From: Candidatus Pacearchaeota archaeon
GTDB lineage: Archaea; Nanobdellota; Nanobdellia; UBA10117; JAFCGA01
DNA: 64,000 nucleotides
Direction of reading: 5' to 3'
Assembly (NCBI GenBank): GCA_017608345.1
Contig: JAFCGA010000002.1
Span: 1,396-65,395 of the forward strand
Positions 19,924 to 30,040 of the stretch are shown piece by piece. The translations under genes were made by a program, and so were the position numbers. The notes below the pieces were generated by a model that saw only the letters and a program-made list of their open reading frames with translations, made no database searches and was not told where the DNA came from. Positions within the stretch are counted from its first letter, which is position 1; the number at the start of each line of letters is the position of its first letter.

Positions 19924-20799
19924 ATGAAACAATTAAAGATAGGAATTCTTGGTACTGGAAGATGGGGAAGAAATCATGTGCGGGGCTTAACCACATTAGG
20001 ACAGGAAGTTTACATTTACGATAAGAATTCTGAGCAGATGGAGAAAGTAGCTCAGGAATTTAATTGTAAAACAGCAAGTTCTATAGAAGAAATATTTAGT
20101 ATATGTGATGCTGTTACAGTTGTAACGCCGAGTAACACACACTACGAAATTGTTAAATCTTGTCTGAATGCCGGGAAACATGTTTTAGTAGAGAAGCCAC
20201 TTGCACTTAATTCTAAACACGTAAGAGAATTGCTCGAACTCGCGATGGATAGAAAGTTAATCCTTGCGACAGGACATGTCTTTAGGTTTACAGATACTGT
20301 AAGAGAATTAGAGCAGATGTTTAGAATTCGTTATAAAAATATAAAATATATATCTATGCGCTTTTTGAATACTCTCGGGCCGCGGTCAGATTCAAATGTA
20401 CTCTTTAATTTAGCGATCCACCTTTTTGATATTCTGGATATGATTGTCCATGAAGACCCAGAAATAATACAATGCCAATACAACGAATATTTTGGTTCGA
20501 TTATTCTTAAGTATAAAAAAATAATAGCGCATCTAGAAGTTGCGTGTAATCACCAACACAAATTTAGAGATATGTATGTGCTTGGTACAGATGAAGCTGG
20601 AGAACACTTAGGAAATTATTATAATTTGACAGAGTCCGATAGGGAGCCGTTGTTGGAAGAGCTTCGGGCGTTTTGTTATGCAGTACAAACCAAGACTTTT
20701 CCTTCGAATGCTGCACGTATCGGATACTTTGGAGTTAAGTTGTGCGAACTTGCGCAAAAGTCTTGTGAAGAAAATAAGGCTGTGGAAGTGGAGCTATAA
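19924..20799 (+). CDS. Gfo/Idh/MocA oxidoreductase (WbpB-like)
   Basis: GTGRWGRNH, VTP..THY, HVLVEKP, GHVFRF, H.FD. Confidence 0.85.
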   Translation: MKQLKIGILGTGRWGRNHVRGLTTLGQEVYIYDKNSEQMEKVAQEFNCKTASSIEEIFSICDAVTVVTPSNTHYEIVKSCLNAGKHVLVEKPLALNSKHVRELLELAMDRKLILATGHVFRFTDTVRELEQMFRIRYKNIKYISMRFLNTLGPRSDSNVLFNLAIHLFDILDMIVHEDPEIIQCQYNEYFGSIILKYKKIIAHLEVACNHQHKFRDMYVLGTDEAGEHLGNYYNLTESDREPLLEELRAFCYAVQTKTFPSNAARIGYFGVKLCELAQKSCEENKAVEVEL

Positions 20800-20835
20800 C
20801 GGAGTTCTTAAAAGGATTTCTGTATATATTTTTCT

Positions 20836-21531
20836 ATGACCTTGGAGAGTGTAATGCAAATAATTGAGAATAGCGAGATTGGCAAGAACAAGCAGATAGG
20901 TAATTTCATTCAAATCTATGACTGTAAAATCGGAGACAACTCTGAGATTAAGGATTTTGTTAAGCTTCGAGCATGTAAAATTGGGAATAATTTAATGGTT
21001 GGAGATTTCGTTGATCTAAGTAATACAACTCTTGGGAATGACAATGAAGTCTGGAAGTCAGCATCTCTTAATAACTGTAAAATCGGAGATAGAACTAAAA
21101 TTTTTAAATTTGCAAATCTTTATGGATGTAAACTTGGGTATGATGGCAAAATCGGGTCCTATGTAGAAGTCCAGAGTGATGTGAAGATAGGTAATAATGT
21201 AACTGTTTCATCACATTCTTTTATCTGTTCTCTTGTTACTATTGAAGATGATGTCTGGATGGGGCACGGAATTATGACAGTTAATGATCTCCTTCCTCCT
21301 TCTAGAAAGAGAACTGGAACAACTGATTATTGGCTACCTACTTTGATCAAGAAAGGTGCTGTTATTGGAAGCGGCGCTAAACTTCTTCCAGTAATCATTG
21401 GAGAAAATGCTGTAGTTGGAGCAGGCTCCGTGGTTATTAAAGATGTTCCCCCTAATGAACTTTGGGCAGGAGTTCCTGCTAAATATATAAGGCCTGCTGA
21501 TGAGTTGGCTAGGAAGATCTATAAACAGTAG
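20836..21531 (+). CDS. hexapeptide-repeat N-acetyltransferase (WbpD-like)
   Basis: Repeated [IV]G.. hexads, ND..P, GAGSVVIKDVP...WAGVPA. Confidence 0.85.
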   Translation: MTLESVMQIIENSEIGKNKQIGNFIQIYDCKIGDNSEIKDFVKLRACKIGNNLMVGDFVDLSNTTLGNDNEVWKSASLNNCKIGDRTKIFKFANLYGCKLGYDGKIGSYVEVQSDVKIGNNVTVSSHSFICSLVTIEDDVWMGHGIMTVNDLLPPSRKRTGTTDYWLPTLIKKGAVIGSGAKLLPVIIGENAVVGAGSVVIKDVPPNELWAGVPAKYIRPADELARKIYKQ

Positions 21532-21564
21532 AATTTCTCTAAATCTTCTGCTAGGATGTCTGTT

Positions 21565-22467
21565 CTAAATAACTATCAGAATAACGCCAAGAACGAGTAG
21601 AAGCGTCCCGATTAGTATTGTTAAGAAATTCTCTTTCTCTTTTAGAATAAAAAAGGCGAATATTACTGTAAATATGGCTGAGGCTCGCTTTAATGCAATT
21701 ATATATGCAGTATGAGTTAGAGAGATTCCAAACATCTGTGTTGCAATAACTAAAAAGTTTAGAATAACTAGGACTAGCAATCCCTTGATATTATTCTTCA
21801 GTGTTTCTTTTAGCTTTGGTAAGAAGGAAGATTTTTCTTTAAGTAGAAGATAAATGAAAAAGAACACGATTGCGAAATAGCTGTACAGAAGGATTCTAGA
21901 AATTGCATTGGATGCATTGATAGCTGCTTTGTCAACAACAGAACTGAGCCCCCAAAAGATTGCAAGAAAGAACATTAGCCGCGCGCCTTTATTTGTAAAT
22001 ATTTTAGCAAAAGGTGCCAATAATTTAGAATATCTGACTTCTGAAGTATTAATTGATTTCTCAATATTTAGAACATAAGTTCCAATTACTAAGATAATTA
22101 CTCCGAAGATACCATAGCGATTTGGGTATTCCTGCACCCAAAACATTGCTATTACCAAAGTAAACAGCGGGCTTAAGGATAAGAGAGGGATCGTTTTTGA
22201 AACAGACCCATATTTTAAGCCAGACATGTAGAGGATCCCCCCGATAACAATCATAACTCCGATGATTACCATTAGAAGAAGAGACTCTGAAGTTATAATG
22301 AGCTTGTCCCAGAAGAAGAAAAGAAGTGGTGTAGTTAAAATAGCTGTAAATAACAGCTTCGCGAAGGCAATATATTGCGGATCAGCTTTATCAACTATTT
22401 TCTTGCTTACAATATGAGAAATTGCAAAGAAAACTGCACAAAGTAATCCTAAGATAAGCCATAGCAT
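21565..22467 (-). CDS. EamA/DMT family transporter
   Basis: Ten TM segments in two EamA repeats. Confidence 0.85.
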   Translation of the reverse strand: MLWLILGLLCAVFFAISHIVSKKIVDKADPQYIAFAKLLFTAILTTPLLFFFWDKLIITSESLLLMVIIGVMIVIGGILYMSGLKYGSVSKTIPLLSLSPLFTLVIAMFWVQEYPNRYGIFGVIILVIGTYVLNIEKSINTSEVRYSKLLAPFAKIFTNKGARLMFFLAIFWGLSSVVDKAAINASNAISRILLYSYFAIVFFFIYLLLKEKSSFLPKLKETLKNNIKGLLVLVILNFLVIATQMFGISLTHTAYIIALKRASAIFTVIFAFFILKEKENFLTILIGTLLLVLGVILIVI

Positions 22468-22571
22468 GTCTTATACTGCTTCGTTAAGAATTTAAAACCT
22501 TTGTAATTTCCAGTTAAGACTATGCGCAGGTTCTTGTTAACATGAATTCTTGCAAGAAGCATCAGTTATGT

Positions 22572-22949
22572 TTACTTAAAAAATGAACCTAAAATAAGAT
22601 CTAATAGCCTATCTCTCACGTTCTTTCTCATATAATAATTCGCACTGCATGTCTCGGGCTTTAGATCACGTATATGCCTAGTTAAGACATAATCTGCGCC
22701 AATTTCATTACCATACCTTATAGCATCATGTTCAGGACACGCACCATGAATTCCACGCTCAGTGCTAAACGTCTCAGAGCAAACTAATAATAAATCCTTG
22801 AGAGTAAGTATTTCTCCAGTGTCCTTAAAAATTAGACTAGTACTGCTGCCTCCCCAGTTAGAGTCATAATAAGTTGTTTCTGATTTAACAAACTTCTCAA
22901 CATGATATTCTCTACCATTTCTCTTTAAGCGCTGTATCTCTAGTTCCAT
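22572..22949 (-). CDS. hypothetical protein
   Basis: ORF from ATG 22949, divergent from 23004 across a shared AT-rich promoter region. Confidence 0.55.
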   Translation of the reverse strand: MELEIQRLKRNGREYHVEKFVKSETTYYDSNWGGSSTSLIFKDTGEILTLKDLLLVCSETFSTERGIHGACPEHDAIRYGNEIGADYVLTRHIRDLKPETCSANYYMRKNVRDRLLDLILGSFFK

Positions 22950-22963
22950 ACAGTAGTAACAAT

Positions 22964-22991
22964 AAATAAACTTAAAAGATTTTCTAACTAA
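22964..22991 (+). repeat. 28-bp exact repeat (promoter region), copy 1
   Basis: AAATAAACTTAAAAGATTTTCTAACTAA, identical at 32018-32045. Confidence 0.9.
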
Positions 22992-23003
22992 CCTTTCAAG
23001 AAG

Positions 23004-23885
23004 ATGAAAGCCGGAAGGGAAATTATAATTTGTGACAATCACGAACCAATTTCTTTAGATAATGTGATTATTAACATTTCTCACGAAAAACCTATTCTTC
23101 CAGAAGATGTTGAGGATAGAGTAAAGGCTAATTGGGTAAGGTTCAAAGAATCACGGTCTAATGCGGTAGACAATGAAGTAGCATACTTAGTTGAGTATAG
23201 CTATTCGGAGGGAACAGTAACTGCGGAAGTCTTTACTGCTGGCTTCAGCTACAACCAATATCTAAACAGAAGTGATATTGAAATGAAAGATTCTAGGGCA
23301 GGTTTATATGAGCCACTTGCATCGTGGATGCTTGCAGTATGTGACAATGGAAATTATGCCTTGTTTGGTCACCGGAAAGATTATGGTAACAAAAGAGTAT
23401 CTGCGTTCGGAGGATTTACGAGTCAGGTAGATATAGTTGGTGACAAAATAAATACAGAACAGTTCGTACAGCGAATACTAACGAACGAAATGAAAGATAT
23501 GTCCTCGTCAATTGTAGGTGTATCTATGATTGGTCTTAATTATTATCCAAAAGTTGGCCCGAAAGGATTTGATGGAGTATATGTAGCAGAATTAGAAGGT
23601 AAGCCAGAGGAATTACAGACGCATTTCAGCGAATGTGATCAGTTCTCAACAAAGCTGATTTCCGTAAGAACAGATCCCAAGAGTTTAATCAAATTCCTCG
23701 AGCATGAGCATTGGCATCCGACTAGATCCTGTGTTGCTGGCGTATTTAGTTACATTGGTTCGAGATACGGAAGGGATGAACTAAATGCTGCACTGTCAAG
23801 TTACTCTGGTAGAGATAAGATCCATGTCGTTGAAACTCCTTTTATTGGTAGCGTAGCGGATCAACTTGCGAGCATTAGTACATAA
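23004..23885 (+). CDS. hypothetical protein, possibly degenerate Nudix fold
   Basis: 293-aa ORF; W.R....DNE, LFG.R.....FGGF pattern; no intact Nudix box. Confidence 0.55.
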   Translation: MKAGREIIICDNHEPISLDNVIINISHEKPILPEDVEDRVKANWVRFKESRSNAVDNEVAYLVEYSYSEGTVTAEVFTAGFSYNQYLNRSDIEMKDSRAGLYEPLASWMLAVCDNGNYALFGHRKDYGNKRVSAFGGFTSQVDIVGDKINTEQFVQRILTNEMKDMSSSIVGVSMIGLNYYPKVGPKGFDGVYVAELEGKPEELQTHFSECDQFSTKLISVRTDPKSLIKFLEHEHWHPTRSCVAGVFSYIGSRYGRDELNAALSSYSGRDKIHVVETPFIGSVADQLASIST

Positions 23886-23934
23886 AATATATAAATACAT
23901 ATAAAACGCACCCTCTCGCTAAATGTTGTAATAT

Positions 23935-25053
23935 ATGAAAATCCCCTTAGTAGATCTTAAAGCACAATATCTTAGCATAAAACCAGAAATAGATTCTGCT
24001 ATTCAGGAAATTCTAGATAATACTTCTTTCATTATGGGTGAGCCAGTTAAGAAATTTGAAGAGAACCTAGCTAAATTCTGTGAGTGTAAGCAAGCGATAG
24101 GTGTAAGTAGTGGTTCTTCAGCTCTGTTTCTAGCATTAAAAGCTTATGGTATCAAAGAAGGAGATGAAGTAATAACTGTTCCAAATAGCTTTATCGCAAC
24201 AGCAGAAGCAATTGTTCAGTGCGGTGCTAAGCCAGTCTTTGTTGATGTTGACGAGAAAACAATGTTGATTGATACAACAAAAATAGAAGAGAAAATAACT
24301 CCTAAAACAAAAGCAATAATTCCCGTACATATTTACGGACAAATATGTGATATGGATCCGATAATTGAAATAGCTAAGAAACACAATCTGATTATTTTGG
24401 AGGATGCTGCGCAAGCGATCGGTGCGGAGTATAAGAATAGAAAATTGCCAATTCATGAAACAGCAATATTTAGTTTTTTCCCAGCAAAAAATCTAGGCGC
24501 GTATGGCGATGGAGGTGCAGTTATTACACATAATTCAGAAATTGCTAATAAGGTTTCTAAATTACGGGATCACGGTAGGATTAGCAAATACGAAAGCGGA
24601 ATAGTTGGTTATGGCGAACGATTAGATGCTCTGCAGGCAGCAATATTAGATGTTAAACTCAAGCATCTTGAAGAATGGACTAGCAAACGGAGAGAAAATG
24701 CTTTTAAATATAATGACTTGCTTAAAGATGTAAAATCTATTGAAATTCCTTTTGAAGAATCATACTCCAAGCATGTTTATTATGTATATGTAATAAGGAC
24801 GAAGAAGAGAACAGAGTTAATGAAATACTTAAAAGAAAAGGAAATATTTACTGGAATCTATTATCCAATTCCTTTGCACATACAACCTGCTCTCAGCTTC
24901 TTATCGTATAAAGAAGGAGACTTTCCAGTTGCGGAAAAAGTTGCTAAGGAGATATTATCCTTCCCCGTCTATCCGGAATTAAGTAAAATTAGAGTTGATT
25001 ATATTACCGATAATATAATAAATTTTTATAAAATACCGATAGCGGATGTCTGA
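23935..25053 (+). CDS. DegT/DnrJ/EryC1/StrS aminotransferase (WbpE-like)
   Basis: IPLVDLKAQY, PVHIYGQ, EDAAQA, SFFPAKNLGAYGDGG, RLDALQAA. Confidence 0.95.
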   Translation: MKIPLVDLKAQYLSIKPEIDSAIQEILDNTSFIMGEPVKKFEENLAKFCECKQAIGVSSGSSALFLALKAYGIKEGDEVITVPNSFIATAEAIVQCGAKPVFVDVDEKTMLIDTTKIEEKITPKTKAIIPVHIYGQICDMDPIIEIAKKHNLIILEDAAQAIGAEYKNRKLPIHETAIFSFFPAKNLGAYGDGGAVITHNSEIANKVSKLRDHGRISKYESGIVGYGERLDALQAAILDVKLKHLEEWTSKRRENAFKYNDLLKDVKSIEIPFEESYSKHVYYVYVIRTKKRTELMKYLKEKEIFTGIYYPIPLHIQPALSFLSYKEGDFPVAEKVAKEILSFPVYPELSKIRVDYITDNIINFYKIPIADV

Positions 25054-25777
25054 GATGGTTTACAATAAAAAGGAGAAAATAAAGAAGTACTATGAGGATG
25101 AAGCAGATATTTATGATTACACACATGGAGCAGGCATGTATGGTGCTCAGAGAGGTATTGAGAAATACTACTTCAAATTCTTTAAACAGTATATTAAACC
25201 GGGGGCGAAAGTACTAGAGGTTGGTTGTGGGACGGGAGTATTTACTCAAGCCCTGATGCGAATAAGTAAATCAATTATTTCTTCAGACATCTCAGATAAT
25301 ATGCTTCAGGAAGCTAAAAAAAGAAATCCTGGAGTTAAATTTAAGATAGCAGATATTGAAGATTTGCCGTTTGAGGATGAAAAGTTTGATTTTGTAGTTG
25401 CGGTCAATTCGTTTTCATATGTTCCGGATAAGAAGAAAGGAATTGCTGAGATTAAGAGAGTATTAAAGAAGAACGGAAAATTTCTACTAGTTGATATGAA
25501 CTTACTGTGTCCTGCATATTATTTTACTAATTTGCTGAAGATTCGACAGAGAAAAATCTGGTTTAGCACTATTATGGACAGCAATCGGTTTTATTTATCA
25601 AATCTACTAAAAGATAATCAATTTAAAGTTATTAAGATATATGAAGGTAATCTTGTGCCACATCGAGCTACTAAGAAAAACGTTAAATTCTATCTTCCGT
25701 TAGAGTATCTCTTAAAAATATTCCCTTTCTTTAATATTATTACTATGCGAATTTTCGTTGTTGGAGAGAAGGAATGA
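25046..25777 (+). CDS. class I SAM-dependent methyltransferase
   Basis: VLEVGCGTG, DLPF....FD, RVLKKNG. Confidence 0.9.
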   Translation: MSEMVYNKKEKIKKYYEDEADIYDYTHGAGMYGAQRGIEKYYFKFFKQYIKPGAKVLEVGCGTGVFTQALMRISKSIISSDISDNMLQEAKKRNPGVKFKIADIEDLPFEDEKFDFVVAVNSFSYVPDKKKGIAEIKRVLKKNGKFLLVDMNLLCPAYYFTNLLKIRQRKIWFSTIMDSNRFYLSNLLKDNQFKVIKIYEGNLVPHRATKKNVKFYLPLEYLLKIFPFFNIITMRIFVVGEKE

Positions 25778-26868
25778 AACGAATTATAGATTATGACGTA
25801 TTTGAGCGTTTTTACGGAGTTAAATTAGATAATAAGTCTGACGAAATATCCGCCCTTGCTAATCTAGCTAAGTTTATATTATCTGAAGAATATCTCCCAA
25901 AAACCGCCCCCCTTCTTTCAAAAATCCCCATTTTTCATCCACATATGATCCCGCCACGAATGAGAAGTTATATATCTGGATTAATCGCAAAATCCAAGAA
26001 AAGTGTTAGTACCTTCCCACGATTTCCATATGATTTCAGTGTAGATCATTTAAGAAAAATCGTAAAAGAAAAATATTGTTCAGCATCAAAAATAGAACCA
26101 TTTTGGCCAAATAATAAGCGCTTCGCGATCATTATAACGCATGATGTTGATACAGACTATATTTTTAAGAATGCGGATATACTTAAGTCTTTTATATCTA
26201 TAGAAGAAAAATATGGGTTTCGATCTGCTTGGTATATTGTTACAAATAAGTATCCATTAAACCACAGTACCTTGAAAATGCTAATTAAAAGAGGTCATGA
26301 AATTGGATTTCATGGAGATACACATGATTATAGACTTCCTTTTCTAAAAAAGGAAAAAATCAAGGAGCGATTAGATAAATGTAAACCATTCTTAGATAAG
26401 TATAACGTCAAAGGTGGGAGGTCTCCATTATTTCTCCGCAATCCTACGTTTTTTTCAGTCTTAGAGGAGTATATATCTTACGATACATCTTGCCATGATT
26501 CTACGCTTGGAGCTCTTTCCGGTATGAATGAAGGATGCTGCTCTTGCTTCCCTTTCTTTATAAGTAATCTTTTAGAAATTCCGACCACTTTGCCTGAATC
26601 TTACTTTCTGAAGAAGCTCGGAGTTCAAAAGGAAGAGATACCTAAAATTCAAGAAGATAGATTAGAAGCAATTAGAGAACTCGGAGGAGTAGCGCATTAT
26701 CTTGTTCATCCCGAGCCGCAGATAAGTGCTAATAAAGAGCATCTTGCGGATTATGAGCGGTTTTTAGAGAAATGCAGTAAATATAAAGATGCATGGGTGA
26801 CTTTGCCCAGTGAATTGAATGCCTGGTGGCGTAAAAGAGATGAGAAAATAAAACGTCTAATTGGGTAG
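25774..26868 (+). CDS. polysaccharide deacetylase family protein
   Basis: ITHDVD, GHEIGFHGDTH, YDTS, EIPTT, HP. Confidence 0.85.
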   Translation: MKRIIDYDVFERFYGVKLDNKSDEISALANLAKFILSEEYLPKTAPLLSKIPIFHPHMIPPRMRSYISGLIAKSKKSVSTFPRFPYDFSVDHLRKIVKEKYCSASKIEPFWPNNKRFAIIITHDVDTDYIFKNADILKSFISIEEKYGFRSAWYIVTNKYPLNHSTLKMLIKRGHEIGFHGDTHDYRLPFLKKEKIKERLDKCKPFLDKYNVKGGRSPLFLRNPTFFSVLEEYISYDTSCHDSTLGALSGMNEGCCSCFPFFISNLLEIPTTLPESYFLKKLGVQKEEIPKIQEDRLEAIRELGGVAHYLVHPEPQISANKEHLADYERFLEKCSKYKDAWVTLPSELNAWWRKRDEKIKRLIG

Positions 26869-26878
26869 TGATTAAAGA

Positions 26879-28291
26879 ATGAATATTGTACTAATATACC
26901 CTGAATTTACTGATATATATGGTAGATATCGATTTGCAGCAAGAGTGACTGTAGTATATCCGCCGTTAGGATTGATGTACTTGGCAGCTTCTCTAGAGCG
27001 AGACAACCATAAGGTCACGATAATAGATACCGAAGTAGAAGGATTAACAAAATCAGAGATTATCAAAGAAGTTCTACGCAAAAAGCCAGATATCGTCGGA
27101 ATTACTTCAACTACACCACTTCACCATAAAGCTATCGAGTTATTTCATCGCATAAAGCAAGGCGATTCTTCGATAAAAACAATTGCTGGCGGTCCGCATC
27201 CTACAGCTCTCCCTATGGAGACTTTACGAGAGTGCAAAGATATTGATATAATAGTTATTGGCGAGGCAGAGGAGACTATTCGAGAAATATGCTCTGGAAA
27301 GCAGTTATCTAAAATAAGTGGAATTTGTTTTAGAAGCGAGGGTAAAATTAAACTGACAAGGAGAAGAAGCCTGATCGCTGATTTAGATTCTATTCCGCTT
27401 CCAGCGAGACATCTAGTAAAAAATGAGAAATACTTATGGAGTGTTCCAAAAAAAGGAATCATACCTGTAACGCCAATAATGACTACGCGAGGATGTCCGT
27501 ATAAATGCGTTTTCTGTTCTCAACTGGTGATTTTTGGAAGGTCTATGCGGCATCGTTCAGTAGAAAATATTGTTCAGGAAATTGATGAAATTGTAAATAA
27601 CTATAAAATAAAGCATCTTGTATTCTATGATGATACTCTTGGACTTAATAAAAAACTTACTTATGAACTTATAGCTGCGATAAAGAGAGAGAAACTTGAT
27701 TTTACTTTTGAAGGAATGACTCGAGTTAATATAATCAGCAGAGAATTACTCGAGAAATTAAAGAGCATAGGTTTGAATAGACTATCTTTTGGAGTAGAAA
27801 GCGGTAATCAGCGTATCCTAGACGCTGCTAAGAAAGGCATAACTTTAGAACAGATAAGGAAAGCATATGTGCTAACTAGTGAATTTGACATTGAAACACG
27901 GATGTCAATTGTTTTGGGGCTCCCATTTGAGACAAAGAAGACAATAGAGAATACAATAAAGTTTATGAAATCTTTAAAGTGTTATCAAGCATATGTTAAT
28001 ATTGGTACACCATTTCCAGGTACAGAATATTATGATATGGCGGTTAAGGGTTATGGCGGTATAAAGCTATTAACAAATGATTGGCGAGAGTTCAGACGAT
28101 GGGGAAATGCTGTAATAGAAGTTAATGATCTTACTCGAGCGGATCTCATAAAATACCAAAAAAGAGCTCTTATGAGTTTTTATATGACTCCGAAACGGAT
28201 AGCATATAATTTAAAAAGAGCGGGTGTTAGAGCAGCATGGGTTAATGGGAGGAGTGCAATTAAAAGCTTGTTATTATCAAAGAATAATTGA
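26879..28291 (+). CDS. B12-binding radical SAM protein (class B methyltransferase-like)
   Basis: PPLGL.YLA, GGPHPT, GEAEET, RGCPYKCVFC, GVESGNQ, PFPGT. Confidence 0.92.
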   Translation: MNIVLIYPEFTDIYGRYRFAARVTVVYPPLGLMYLAASLERDNHKVTIIDTEVEGLTKSEIIKEVLRKKPDIVGITSTTPLHHKAIELFHRIKQGDSSIKTIAGGPHPTALPMETLRECKDIDIIVIGEAEETIREICSGKQLSKISGICFRSEGKIKLTRRRSLIADLDSIPLPARHLVKNEKYLWSVPKKGIIPVTPIMTTRGCPYKCVFCSQLVIFGRSMRHRSVENIVQEIDEIVNNYKIKHLVFYDDTLGLNKKLTYELIAAIKREKLDFTFEGMTRVNIISRELLEKLKSIGLNRLSFGVESGNQRILDAAKKGITLEQIRKAYVLTSEFDIETRMSIVLGLPFETKKTIENTIKFMKSLKCYQAYVNIGTPFPGTEYYDMAVKGYGGIKLLTNDWREFRRWGNAVIEVNDLTRADLIKYQKRALMSFYMTPKRIAYNLKRAGVRAAWVNGRSAIKSLLLSKNN

Positions 28292-28908
28292 TGAAAACTT
28301 TCAACGAATCTCCATTCAGTAATCTCCCTAATTATATAAGTTATTATTATCAAATAAATTTAATACCTAAAAAAATAAGCTCAATTTTAGAAATAGGCAT
28401 AGGGAATAAATTTGTAAGTTCGCAACTTAGAAAACTAGGTAAAATAGTTACTACTTTAGACGTTGATAGAAAATTAAAACCAGATATTATTGCGAATGTT
28501 AATGCTATTGGGTTAAAAGACAGATCCTTCGATTGTGTGATTTGTTATGAGGTACTCGAGCATTTACCATTAAGTATGTTCGAAACTTGCTTAAACGAGC
28601 TGAGAAGAATAAGTAGGAAATACCTAATAATCTCGCTTCCTTTTTCTGGTTTTGCGGCAGGTTTGTATCTAAAACTTCCGTTGAGAGGTGGAGGAAGAAT
28701 ATTTAGAATTCCACTCCCTTTTTTTTCTCGTCCGGAAAAGCTAGTAAAGAAATTCAAAATAGCTCATTATTGGGCCATTGGAGAAGGGAAGATTTCTAGA
28801 AATTTCACCCGTAAGAGATTAAAAGGGTGTGGTTTTAAAGTAATGAAAGAGTTATCTCCTGTTTTGAATAGCCACCATATTTTTTGGGTCTTAAGAAAAG
28901 TAAAATGA
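28288..28908 (+). CDS. class I SAM-dependent methyltransferase
   Basis: ILEIGIG, FD...CYEVLEHLP, HYW.IG. Confidence 0.85.
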   Translation: MMKTFNESPFSNLPNYISYYYQINLIPKKISSILEIGIGNKFVSSQLRKLGKIVTTLDVDRKLKPDIIANVNAIGLKDRSFDCVICYEVLEHLPLSMFETCLNELRRISRKYLIISLPFSGFAAGLYLKLPLRGGGRIFRIPLPFFSRPEKLVKKFKIAHYWAIGEGKISRNFTRKRLKGCGFKVMKELSPVLNSHHIFWVLRKVK

Positions 28909-29813
28909 GAACCAAGGTTAAGACCATATTAAAAATTACTTTTAGCTTTTCTTTGTTGTTTATTTTATATTATAAGATTGGTTTTGTTAAAGTAAGCCAA
29001 ACAATTAGGACATTAGATTTAAAATATATTCCACTAATTATCTTAATTTATATTACTATACACGTAATAAATGCGATCGCACTAAAAATATTTTTTCATC
29101 CAGTAAAAAAAATTAAATTTAGGAACATGATAAAATATTATCTAAGTAGTTTTGCTGTAAGTTTAATAATTCCCGGGAAATTGGGGGAACTCTCTATTGC
29201 ATATTTCCTAAAAAAAGAAGATATCAGTATCGGAGTTTCAGGCGCAGTAGCTATAATTGATAAAATAATAACCTTGATTATTTGGTCGATATTCTGCGTA
29301 ATAGGCTTGCTTAGTTTTTTTGAATTAAGAGCCTCAATTAAGGCTATTTTAATTTTAATAAGTGTTATAATAATATTAATATTTTCTATATCTTCTGAAA
29401 CTTCTCGGCGTATAGTCAAAAAATATATTTTAAAAAGCTATTCTCAAAAATTTAAAGGTTTTTCAAAAACGTTAAAGCGATATGTCCGATATCATAAAAA
29501 ATATATAATATTAAATTTAGGGCTTACTGTAGTTAAATTATCTTTGGGTGCACTATTTGCTTACTTTCTTCTAATCGCTACTAGAAATTATCTAGATTTA
29601 CTTACCATTATGATAATAGTCTCAATCGTTAGTATTATCTCATTGATCCCCATCGCTATAAATGGTATCGGTGTAAAAGAAACTTTGGGAATTTTTATGT
29701 ATGGGCTAGTTGGGATTCCAGGAAATGTAGTATTGACGATATATATACTAGGACTCGTACTGGCTTATCTATCTGGCATAATAATCTTCCTTTTTGTTAG
29801 AAACAAGAATTAA
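28905..29813 (+). CDS. lysylphosphatidylglycerol synthase TM / flippase-like domain protein (UPF0104)
   Basis: PGKLGE, IPI..NGIGVKE, about 8 TM segments. Confidence 0.85.
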   Translation: MRTKVKTILKITFSFSLLFILYYKIGFVKVSQTIRTLDLKYIPLIILIYITIHVINAIALKIFFHPVKKIKFRNMIKYYLSSFAVSLIIPGKLGELSIAYFLKKEDISIGVSGAVAIIDKIITLIIWSIFCVIGLLSFFELRASIKAILILISVIIILIFSISSETSRRIVKKYILKSYSQKFKGFSKTLKRYVRYHKKYIILNLGLTVVKLSLGALFAYFLLIATRNYLDLLTIMIIVSIVSIISLIPIAINGIGVKETLGIFMYGLVGIPGNVVLTIYILGLVLAYLSGIIIFLFVRNKN

Positions 29814-30040
29814 TGAATCTATTCTACTATTATTTTTATTAGGTCTATGAACGCTATAATAAACTAGAACCAGCATTAATTCTTATACTCTCAAAGAAAA
29901 TCTATTTTCTGAGTAGATTTAGATTATATCTTATCTCTGTAAGTTTTTCTAATATGTTAACTATAAAGTATGCACGCGATGAATTTTAAGATTTCGTTAT
30001 ACTATAGAATTTAGTCCAAGGCAGCTATGTATTCTTTTAA

